DNA of 64,000 bases, from assembly GCF_964188315.1 (NCBI RefSeq), contig NC_135660.1, positions 30,814,001-30,878,000 of the forward strand, written 5' to 3'. The DNA comes from Podarcis muralis (taxonomy: Eukaryota). The notes beneath the pieces are model-generated. The model was given only the letters and a program-made list of their open reading frames with translations. It was not told the DNA's origin and ran no database searches. Both the position numbers and the translations under genes were made by a program. Shown in pieces: positions 49,736 through 60,548 of this stretch (its first letter is position 1; the number at the start of each line of letters is the position of its first letter).

Positions 49736-52294
49736 GCCCAGGAATAACCACCTCCTTAGCAGATTTTCTGCTAAGTAAAGCACGGAGCCATTTAGCTCAC
49801 ATCAGACTGGCAACTTCTTTCTGGCACAGATCATTCCTAGCCCTGCATCCTGATCATTTTTAATGGAAGGTACTAGGTTTTACATGCAGCTCCTATGCTA
49901 CAGCTTGTTAAAAGCGAGCAAGCCCCTTTTGAAAATAATAGTGTTCCATTATAAATACAGCGATACATTTAACTTAAGCATGTGATGTTGTGATCAAAGC
50001 TTTCTTAACCTGTGTTATCTGAAATATCCCAAATTTTCAGGCCTGGGTTATATCCTATGTGGAGTGGCATGGCTGCCATTGCCCTGTGGTTGTTTCCATG
50101 CCACTTCCGCTGTCCATACAGATAAAAAAGAGCAACAAAAGGTTTTGTATTCTATAGCACTATCCTGTTGCGTGTCGATTGCACATTGCCCAGACCTCAT
50201 CATTAGGAACAAAATTACTTAGTGGTTGCTGTTAACTGGATAGTCTCTTGGTCATTTTATGCAGTGATGACAGGCTTTTGCAAAGTAGGCTTCCATTTTG
50301 TTTAATTTTTATTCTTCCCCATCAGAGGCGACAAAAATAATAACTGTGCATATGTGTGTGCACACAAGTGCACCTGGAAACCAGGTAAGTCAACAGCTCT
50401 AATCAGTCCACACCTGAAAGCTTCACAAAGAAACTGCAAAGAAGCACTTTTAGAAGTAGGAAGAAAGCAGGGAAAACATCAGAGTATACAGTGCGCTGGG
50501 AGGAATGGTGTCAGCTTCTCTGGAATAAATGAGAGTGCAAATGGTGTTCCTAGTGGAGAGCGTTCCTAATGTTGAAGCCGCCATGATTAAGACGGATTGT
50601 GTGGTTATGTACCACAGTAGTACTGATAAGCCCCTGATACAGTAAGCAGGGAGGAATGAGGGGATGCTGGCAAATGCATGTAAATGAGGCTTAATAGTAT
50701 CACCAGACTCAGAACTGGAAAAACTTCATCTGAAGCACAGTAAGCAGCATTTCAGAGCCGGGTTTCAAAATGTTCTGGGAAGTATTTACAGGATTACTAT
50801 ATAGCAGCAATAAGTTTCTGGAAGTATTTGGAGCAGAGCCATAAGAATAATAAAAGATCCAGAAAGCATCTCATATATGTAAATTCTGCATGGAAATATT
50901 TGGAGAGGAAAACATCAAGAGAGAATGTACTGCTCCTTATAAATATTTAAAGGGTGTTGAAAAGAGAGAAGAGAACCATTGTTCAAAATATCTCCTGGGG
51001 ATAGGCAAGTAACAGTGGGTTTTAAATATGTGAAGGTCAGTTTAGGAAAATTGCATAACTATAGCACTATTGTAATAGTGGAAGGAGACGGCTGAACTTT
51101 CTTCCTTGGAAGTTTTCAATAGAGCAATGTGAACAGGTATATCTTGAGGATGCTTTCGATCAGGGTTAAGCAACATGATTTCCTCCTGATGCTGTTGAAC
51201 TACTACTTTCATCATCCCCAGCCAGCATGGCCAGCAATCAGGCATGATCATAAGCTGTAGTTGAACTCGGATCTGGGAGATCAGTGCCAGAGGAACCCCC
51301 ACTTCCTGGTTGCTAAAGATTCTTTCTACCACTAAGTCACTGATAGGCTGAGATACGGCAATCTTACTGCTCTTGTTACTTGCCTTAACCAGAACTCTGA
51401 TATTTCAAATAATGCTCCTCCCATTCCCCACTTTGTTTTTTTTTTTTTTTTTTTTTTGCAGGGAGAGTATCCAGTGGGAAACTGTTCAGAATTGTTTCAT
51501 ACATTCCAATAAGCATTAAAACCTGCTCGTGCAAATGGCAAGCTCACATGAGCAAAGTTATGATGGATTTGTTTTGATGGTTTTGACTCTGTGGCGAATC
51601 AACAAAAGATAACCAGGATAATTAGATTGCTACAGTATGTTGTATTTAGAGCTGCCTAGGAACATACTCCGTAAGTTGAATTGATTCAAAATGCAGCTGC
51701 CAGCCATATGTTAACTGGAGCCCACAGGCCTGATCGGGTATTATGCCACCTTTATTGGCTACGTAAAAGTTTCATTTATTTGTTCATTTTTTTAAAGAAA
51801 AGCAAAGAAAATCACCTTGCAATTCTAGACATAGTTACTAGTAAATAAGCTCAATTGAACCCATTAGGACTTACTTTTGACTTAAAATACATAGGATCAA
51901 GCTGTAATACAGGATCATGCTGTTAACTTGATTGCACTATTGTGAGGTTGATTTATATTCTGACAGTCACTTTGGGGCATTCCCTCCCCCCCCCCAATGG
52001 AAAATGTAGGATAAAAATACTTTGAAATAAATGAACTGCAGAAAGTAGCATTGGGAGATTTTTGTTTGCTAGAACATGCTTGAAACCTATTATAATAAGG
52101 ATCTGTTTTAAGTGTATTTTAAGCACAAAATCTGTTTATTTTATTTTATAATAGCAATAGTAATTAAAGAAAGAAACACCAATGTAATGAAAATGACTAG
52201 AATGCAATCATAGAACGTCTTTTGGGATTAGAAAATAAAGCCACAAGTTGCTTTTTTCTCACTGCAGAAGTCAAGCTGCACTACGTCACACAAA

Positions 52295-52557
52295 TACCGT
52301 ATTTTTCTCTCTATAAGACACACCAGACCATAAGACACACCTAGTTTTTGGAGGAGGAAAACAAGAAAAGAATTATTCTGAATCCCAGAAGCCAGAACAG
52401 CAAGAGGGATCACTGTGCAGAGAAAGCAGCGATCCCTCTTGCTGTTCTGGCTTCTGGGATAGCTGCGCAGCCTGCATTTGCTCCATAAGACGCACACACA
52501 TTTCCACTTACTTTTTAGGAGGGAAAAAGTGAGACTTATAGAGCAAAAAATACGGTA
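52295..52557 (+). mobile_element. Tc1/mariner-pogo MITE (CCGTA-type TIR) with internal hairpin
   Basis: taccgtatttttctctctataag ... cttatagagcaaaaaatacggta; TA TSD; perfect 30-bp internal inverted repeat 52382-52411 / 52431-52460. Confidence 0.93.
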
Positions 52558-53634
52558 CTTCCTCTGACTTTGCACAGCCCACCTGAGTGGACCATTTGCA
52601 TGAGAAGACTTGAACAGTGCAGTCATGTGCACTGTTGTGTTCAATGGAAGCTGCTCCCAAATAAATGTGTTTAGGATTGCAGCCCCACGCTCATTAGGAT
52701 GCAGGTACTAGCAGCCAATTACAATCCCTTCATGCACACATTCTGCTAAGTTTGCAAAGATAATAGATTGTTTCTGTTGCCACATTGATTAATTCAGAGT
52801 TTTCCTCACACCCACACAAACACTGGATCTAGTGACTAACAACCTGATTGTCATCTTAATTTTATTAACTCTCTCCTATCTAGCAGAATATCACCTTTGA
52901 CAGATTTGTTTAGCAGAGTATTACCTCTTCCCTGCTTTCCTTTTAGACCAGCTATTTAATTCTTCTTTAGCTAAGCCAAAAATGGAAGGCTGACGTGCCG
53001 GCCAGTATGCCACAAATTGATCCATAACTCTGCATCTGGCCTCTGCTAGTTCCACATCTTCATTCCACAGATTCCTAACCTTTGTGAAGAAGAACAAGAT
53101 CGATTCCTTGATACTTTCATGCACAGCTGGAGATGGTAGCATTTCTTACTGTTTGTCATTGGCTGCAGAATAAGCTAGCTGGCTGTAGAGACATTGGGCT
53201 TTTATTTATCATTTATTTCAAATATTTATATCCTGCTTTTCCAGTTCATGGGATACTCAAAGCACCTTACCACGAAATGCTGAAAACAATAATCAGGTCA
53301 GATAACTAAAAAGCCATTCATAAAAAGGGCACAGCAGATTCAAGGAGCTAGATCAGGTGGTTATTCTTCAAAGCACTCTTGTGCAAAGAATATAACGACA
53401 GCAAAGCCTAATAATTTTCATTTGTTAAATGACCCGCTATATGACACTGACGTTTGTGATGGATTTTAATGCTCCTTGCTTGTCGTTTGCAGACTTGGAT
53501 CAATAAAAAGGTTTCTAGCCTTTTGATAGCAGCAGATGTAATCTTGAACAACCATAAACAATGCCTGGTCAAATAAGTGGTGACATCAGGGGGTGGGGAA
53601 TACTTGGAAGACAAAGAGAAAATAAAGCAGGTTC

Positions 53635-54044
53635 TACCGTATTTTTCGCTCTATAAGACGCACCTGGCCATAAGATGCACTTAGTTTTAGAGGAGGAGAA
53701 CAAGAAAAGAAAATTCTCTCCCTCTCTGCACAGTGCCCCTTCAGCGAAGTGGCAGGAGAAACGGAGCCCCTTCCATTTCTCCTCCCGCTTCGCTGAAGGG
53801 GCGCTGTGCAGAGAGGGAAAGCTGTGCAGTGCCTCTCCAGCAAAGCAAAGCCAGGAGAGCAAGAGGGGTTGGTGCGCACTGATCCCTCTTGCTTTTCTGG
53901 CTTCAGCAAAAGCAACATAAAGCCTCCAGAGCATTGCTTTTCGCTGAAGCCATGGAGCCTGCATTCGCTCCATAAGACGCACACACATTTCCCCTTACAT
54001 TTTAGGAGGGGGAAAGTGCGTCTTATAGAGTGAAAAATACGGTA
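53635..54044 (+). mobile_element. Tc1/mariner-pogo MITE, longer relative of 52295
   Basis: taccgtatttttcgctctataagacg ... cgtcttatagagtgaaaaatacggta; shared subterminal blocks; two internal hairpins. Confidence 0.93.
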
Positions 54045-54929
54045 TATCAGTCTTCTCTAAGCTGGTGCCCTCCAAATGTGTTAGACTCCAACTCTTATCT
54101 TCCTTACCTAACGTGGGCAATGACCAGGGAAGTTGAGAGCTGAAGTTCAACAAAATCTGGAGAGCAACAGTTATGTACCTCTTGTATAAACTGTAAAGAT
54201 CAACAGATGATATTCTAGCTATATCTACTGATGAGTGTATGATAGCTGCAAGATATGATTTGTACCCAGCTTTGGGAAGTAGCCCATTTCAGAGCCACTC
54301 TGAGTCTTTCCAATTTGACTCATTATTTGGGACTAAATTATATATGTTAAGAATATTCACTATAATAGAGTCTAAAATTGCTGTATTCCCACCCCCACCC
54401 CCTTTTGCTGAAGTGGATAATATTTGCATGCATCAATTAAGCTTGTCAGTTTGTAGGCAGATACATCATGAGGTACTTATACAGGGCATCTTCAAAACTT
54501 TGCCTTGTTTTTCTACAAAATAAAAAGTCTGTTATAGTTTATACCATAATTGGATGCAATTTGCAGGGGATGAAGCCTGCCAAATTTCCGAATAATAGTT
54601 GAAAAGCTCATCCACCTCTCCAGCCCCTCTCTGCATATTCCCTTTGTCAGTTTGGTTTCACTTTTCTATAGAAGACTAAGGAGCAACCTTGATCCTACTT
54701 GAGATTCTTTGTTAATGGCGCAATCCAACTCAGGCATGCCAAAAACTGCCCCCAAAGCACCCCTATCCACCTTGAAACCTGGGAGATACACAGAGCTGAT
54801 GCACACCCCTACCGAATACCCTTTGGTTTGCTTCAAAGCCATTTGGTTGGGGGTTTTTTAAAGCTAGTCTTCCCTCCCTTAAGAGTTCATTTTGTAATAC
54901 TCCTGAGGAAAGCTAGAATAAAAGCTAAG

Positions 54930-54992
54930 CAGCTGACAATGGCTACTAGCCATTATGGTTATGTTCTATCTCCGCTGTCAGAGGTGGCAATA

Positions 54993-55043
<51 letters not shown>

Positions 55044-55470
55044 TTTTATTTATATCCCGCCCTCCCCGGCCAAGACCAGGCTCAGGGGTGGCTAACATCA
55101 AATATATAATACATTAAAACATAAGATCAAACAATTGATTGAAATACAGCTTAAAATCACATTAAAATCAGAATAAAATCAGATGGCAACCCACGAATTA
55201 TAGCTGTAACTATGGAGTTGGGAACATTAAGTGCTCACCAGGCCCAGCTATTTGTGCTGGTCTCATATGAGCCGGCTGGAGGAGCCCCTTACATGCAAGG
55301 TCTTGTAAAAACCTCTGTATGCCTCTGACTTTTAGCTGATGGGAAAGACAGGTAGGCAGAGGGCTGTTGTGCTCATATGCAGTTTGCAGGCTTCCCACAG
55401 GGATCTGTTTGACCACTGTGAGAACAGGATGCCATTGGCTCGATCCAGGAAGCTTGTCTTATGTTCTTAC
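54930..55470 (+). mobile_element. CR1 3' end (54930-54988 + 55317-55470), split by an L2 3' fragment
   Basis: aatggctactagccattatggttatg...gtcagaggtggca | gtatgcctctga...gaccactgtgagaacaggatgc...tcttatgttctta. Confidence 0.7.
54989..55316 (-). mobile_element. L2-type 3' end with expanded (AAT)n tail (54989-55043)
   Basis: tttatatcccgccctccccggcc...ggctcagggg tail signature next to the microsatellite. Confidence 0.65.
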
Positions 55471-55707
55471 GATGCATGCACATCTCCCACAGCCTCCTCA
55501 AGCAAGAAAGTAAAACAAAGCAACCTCTAATATTTAAGAAGGGAAAAGGTGGCAACTGATGATGAGGTGGACTCTGCTGAGATGTCTTTCTAACCAAGTT
55601 GGAAACGATGTTCTTAAGTGTGCTGAAAAGAAGAACGAGGTGTAGTTCCATCTGCCTCACAAATTGAATTGAGCAGAGGGAAATACCAGTGCCATGCTCC
55701 CAAAGTC

Positions 55708-55956
55708 CTGGGTAGGCAAACTAAGGCCCAGGGGCTGGATCCGGCCCAATCGCCTTCTAAATCTGGCCCAGGGACGGTCAGGGAATCAACGTGTTTTTAC
55801 ATGAGTAGAATGTGTCCTTTTATTTAAAATGCATCTCTGGGTTATTTTGGGGGCATAGGAATTTGTTCATTTCCCCCCAAAAAATATAGTCCAGCCCCCC
55901 ACAAGGTCTGAGGGACAGTGGACCGGTCCCCTGCTGAAAAAGTTTGCTGACCACTG
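55708..55956. mobile_element. hAT-type MITE
   Basis: ctgggtaggcaaactaaggccc ... aaaagtttgctgaccactg termini; TSD not resolved. Confidence 0.7.
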
Positions 55957-57205
55957 TGGCCCAAGTCATCATTTCCTTCTGGGAAATATGCACATAGTAT
56001 TCTCTGGCTCTCCCAGTTCTGTTCGGGAAGCAGAGAAAACTACAAATCTCATGTTCCCTGGCAGGAAGCGATGGCACCTGAGCAAGCTCTAGAGCATAAT
56101 GTTTGGTTAAGGAGAAGCCCGTGTGCTGTCTCTGTACCAAACGTTTTCCATTGCTTGTTGTTTCCTCACATATTCTTAAAGTAGGGTTTTTGTTTTTGCT
56201 GGACACAGGTTTTTCAGGAAAGGTCAACTGCAGAAGGGGTGAAAACCATTTGTAGCTACTATTTATCTGCATTAAAAGTTCGCTGGTTTTTAAAAATGTA
56301 ATTCATGCACAAGGTGAAAGACAGGTGATTAGTCTACTGAACTGCTTTAATTGGTGAACTACCTTAGCCCATAATGCAAAACTAACAACACTTAAATTGG
56401 AAATGAAAGTGTACACCATTGTAAATACTATATACAGTGCATAATTAAAACTGTAAAGGGTGTAGTGACATTCACATTTATTTTACAGAACTGTGGAGAA
56501 GGCTAGTATTGTACTATTTTTCTCAAATAAATATTTCAGAGATCATTTTGCAGTTTTCTTTTAAAACTGCTATCTTTCTTTTTCTATATTTTATAGTTTG
56601 ACCAACTTTCTCTTTGTGCATCATGTGAAGAGCCATGATGTTATCATCTGTGCATTTTAATAATAAAAACCCATCAAGCAAACATAAGTAATGACTGAAG
56701 ATGCGACCCAATATTCCACATGAAGTTTCAATATGAGTTGCTTCGTTTCTAACATTCAATTTAAAAAATAAATAAATTCATACGTGTGGCCATGGTGCAA
56801 TATCTTTTTCTATTCTCACTCATGCATCTGACTGCTGAGCCAGTACCAACCGCATTTCTTGGAATTCTTAATCTACTGTATTTTAGTATACACTGATCTG
56901 CTTCTTGCTATGACTACAAATCAGAACCTCTATTTTTATCTGAACAGATTGTGATGGAGATACATAAATATGCTTTGTTGGATACTGTCAGCATCTCGAG
57001 TGCTACGATTTGTTATGCCATTGTACACTGGGTTACAAGTTGATCCCACTAACCCCTCAAATATTTCTCAGTGGTGGTTGGTGGACTCTGGATCTGGTAG
57101 GGCAACTAGGCAGCACCTAACAGGCAGGGCCAGAGGAGAGTAGTTACAAGGTGCCAAACAGAACTGTTCATAAACAACCAGACCTAACCCAAGCCCAAAT
57201 TTGTC

Positions 57206-57402
57206 TACCTAGGTTCCACCATATTCATCAGTGTCCCCATTGATGCTGAGCTGGACAAGTGCATTGGCAAGGCAGCTAGGGCAATGGCTTGCCTCTCTAA
57301 AAAGGATATGGCACAATGCAATGCTAATGTCCAATACCTATATGAAAGTCTACCAGGCTTGCAAACTAAGCACACTGCTTTATGGAAGTGAGCTGTGGGC
57401 AA
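57206..57402 (+). mobile_element. RTE-clade LINE RT fragment
   Basis: YLGSTI..IDAELDKCIGKAARAMACLSK / VYQACKLSTLLYGSELWA (one frameshift), the RTE RT C-terminal motifs. Confidence 0.82.
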
Positions 57403-57557
57403 TGTCCTGAACCACAGGGTACCTGGCAAGGTGTACACAATTCCATAGCAGATTCTCATGCTTGGTCTGGCAGGCCAACTGGTCCAAAGTCCAGTCAGAA
57501 CAGGTTCCCGCCTCTGCCTGATTCAGGGGTCAGGGCATCCGGAGGTCAGGTCCACAC

Positions 57558-58066
57558 TGTCAGGGGCTGGACTGAGGAGGAATGGTGGGGACTGCCCTCC
57601 CTTCTCCTGAACCTTCCTGAGAACAGGAGGGCAGTATAGATTTAGAACAGTGGTTTGCAGAAGGGCATAGTTCAGAGGCTGCAGAGGGCAGAAGCTGGGA
57701 AATATTGGAAGAGGGACAGCAGGAAGAAAGAGCACCAGGGGAGAGACAGAGGACAGACTCATTGTCCTTGGAAAGCATTCCTGACCCCCCTTCACCCAGG
57801 ACCAGACAGGCATTGAGGATAGTAGAACAGAGAGCTCAGTGGCAGAAGGCTCAGATTAGCCAATGCAGGACTGACATGGAATAGGGGAGATGAAGGGGAG
57901 GTGGGACTTTACAAGGAGCAAGGCTATTTCTATAGAGAGATCGCACTCCTTTGTCTCTCGCTCTGATTATTGACTGAACTAATTGGTAAGAACTCTTCCT
58001 TTTTGTATCTGCTTCTTTGCTGCCACCAGGGGAGGGATCTGATTCCCTGAAGCCTGAAGCCTGACA
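57558..58066 (+). mobile_element. solo LTR, family E (509 bp)
   Basis: perfect 7-bp TIR tgtcagg / cctgaca; decayed 5-bp TSD cacac / cgcat; homologous to 30867. Confidence 0.88.
57559..57884 (+). pseudogene. decayed LTR-encoded acidic ORF (family E)
   Basis: VRGWTEEEWWG / EPS*EQEGSIDLEQWFAEGHSSEAAEGRSWEILEEGQQEE...IPDPPSPRTRQALRIVEQRAQ; one frameshift; the TGA is TGG (Trp) in the 30867 copy. Confidence 0.45.
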
Positions 58067-58290
58067 CGCATTAGCACAGACCAGAAGAGCTCCTGGAACA
58101 TCCAAGCTGTGGCCCAACAAGGGCAGAAGTTGACCAGACACAGAACCTCAGCCCTGCTTCCCTTTTATATCTTGCATGCAGATTGCAGCATCTGAGCTTG
58201 ATGAGGCATGGGACCCTTACCTTTCCTGAGCCTACTCCAGCTGAGGAATCACACACCTCCTCCCAGAGCTAGCAAGCCCCACCTGGCCAG

Positions 58291-58481
58291 CTAGGGAGCT
58301 GGGCTGTGAGCTCTTGCCTGCCTCAGCCTCCTACAGCACCGCTCCTGCTGCTCCCTATACCTCAGAGCCCACTGTGTTTGTGGAGACAGGGGCCCCTCTG
58401 GCTCTGATGATAGGTCCTGCTGCTCTGGTTCCTGTGCACTGACCCCATTTCCTCGCCATCCTCCATTGCCCAGTTGCAACA
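58291..58481 (-). pseudogene. decayed LTR-encoded ORF (family D)
   Basis: NWAMEDGEEM / QEPEQQDLSSEPEGPLSPQTQWALRYREQQERCCRRLRQAR*, one apparent frameshift; upstream of the TATA box. Confidence 0.42.
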
Positions 58482-60302
58482 AAACACGCATCTTCAGTTT
58501 TGGTCTCTACTGCCACAGCAGGCACTGCAACCTTCCAACTGTTTGATTTTCCCTTCAAATGTGCACTCCTACATTCTCTCCCGAAACAGACAAGATGCCA
58601 ACAACAATGGGAAATATGTGTATTTACACCACAGAAAATGCTGCCTTTCTCAAACCATTTCATTAGGAACCTTAGCCTACTCTTACTTGAGACAGCAGTG
58701 GCATTTAGGAGTGGAGTTGTGTACAGAAAGTACACAAACAAGCTGATTCTGTATGATACAAACATTTTAGAAACATTTTCAGTCCGCCCATTGTCTTCTT
58801 ACTCAAATTTTTATATATACAAGCCTCACAAACCCCAAGCTGTGTCCTTTGCAAATGCAGGACACAGTAGTGATGCTGTTAGCTCTGGTGCCATAGCTAA
58901 AAGCAAGCAAACAGAAAACTGGTCGTACGTCAGCCAAATACGTTCAGCCGGAGGATGTGCTCCTGTTTTAAGTATTGATTCAGTACACTTTTACAACAGG
59001 CACACACAGTGGGGAAACAGCGGGTAAGATTGGAGAGTATGAAAAAGGCAGAGTGATATAAGACATTGTGTGCAAGTATGTGTTGGGGGAATCAGCTACA
59101 GGAAGCCGCTTTTTTAAAAAAACACCAATTTGTTTCCTTCATATCTGTCAAGAACTGCACAGAAAGAACCAGGGAGAAGATAGATTTTCAGCTATTTGCC
59201 AGGCTTTTTTGGGGGTGGGGGGGATACATACCTGCAGGCCTTATTCAGATCAGAATGATGTTTTGTAAAGATTCACAGGAAGCTGGAAACTACAGCAAGA
59301 GGACAAAAGACCACAGGATCCATGGTGTTCCTTGACTAGATGAAAAGACACTTCAAAGTCTATTTGTTTTTAAGCAATGTCTCCCCTTTCATCTTCGTTA
59401 ATTGTTTTGGAAGATGAACAGTAGGTGCACAATAATATCTCTGTGGAAAGAGAAACCTTTTCAAATGTAGGTGTTTATATTAGTCTAAATTCATATAAAA
59501 CCAAGCATAATTATGAGTGTTTAGCAGCATGCCTTTAAAATTACTGTCTATAACAAAGGCATATGAAAGTTACCTTTAAAAGAGTAGAAGAAGAATGTTG
59601 GCAATTGCTGCAACATCTCATTTTCAGAGTATTTGTTTTGTCCCGGCCTATTATAAGACAATACATATCTGTTTAAGCAATGAAAAACATATTAAGAAGT
59701 ATAATAGTTCATTTGGCAACAATTTCATCTTCAGTTGTTCTTTTGTTTCTCTGTACTGATAAGGGAAAAAGAAAAGGCACTTATTCACAAATAAGTCTTC
59801 TGCCTTTATTGCTGCAGTTATCATTTTTTAATTTCATATAATTAAGAATATTTGGATTCCAAGTCCTTTTGTGCAAACTGAGCCTATTGATTAAAATGTC
59901 TTGCAGCTTCAAAACATTAAGGACTAGAGGCTCTTTCTTCCCATGAACTGCATTGTGTAAGGGCTCCAGAATGATCACCTCTAGGGCCTGAATCTGAGAA
60001 AAGTAAACACAGTATACATACTGAAGCATGTTAGACATATATACAAGCTCTAGCCCATGGACCTCTAGCGACAAACAACAATGGAAAGGTCTAATATTGA
60101 TGCGTGGTTGTCATGACCTGGAACCCAGGTGGGTGTCGTGGCCCAGGGAGTATGTCAGAACCCATAGCAAACACACGTATGCTCACACCTTCTGTCACAG
60201 AACACATTTCTGATACACAATTGACCTCAGCTTGCTTAGTGCGGAGTTTGCATAAGCACGCTATCACAGTCACAACCAAAATGCATCTGTGCCATTATCC
60301 TG

Positions 60303-60548
60303 TACAGTGGTACCTCAGGTTACATATGCTTCAGGTTACATACGCTTCAGGTTACAGACTCCGCTAACCCAGAAATAGTGCTTCAGGTTAAGAACTTTGC
60401 TTCAGGATAAGAACAGAAATTGTGTTCTAGTGGCGTGGCGCCAGCAGGAGGCCCCATTAGGTAGAGTGGTGCTTCAGGTCAAGAACAGTTTCAGGTTAAG
60501 AACGGACCTCCGGAACGAATTAAGTACTTAACCCGAGGTACCACTGTA
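60303..60548 (+). mobile_element. Tigger-like MITE, family 1
   Basis: tacagtggtacctcaggtt ... aacccgaggtaccactgta; TA TSD. Confidence 0.95.

Larger units (their letters stand above)
57403..58481 (-). mobile_element. solo LTR, family D (related to B), carrying a nested family E LTR
   Basis: minus strand starts tgttgcaac; TATAAAAG at 58162-58169 (-); 3' end tggaattgtgtacaccttgccaggtaccctgtggttcaggaca resembles the LTR B end tggactttgctacacccaaggtaccttaccccgggaccagcaca; TSD not found. Confidence 0.7.

Noticed and set aside
52921-53142. 73-aa minus ORF ending at a gtaata donor-like site
   Set aside because: In-frame stop just upstream of the ATG, no suitable acceptor, and no homology recalled.
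58500-59027. 175-aa ORF
   Set aside because: No recognisable homology, composition typical of non-coding DNA, and no convincing exon boundaries.
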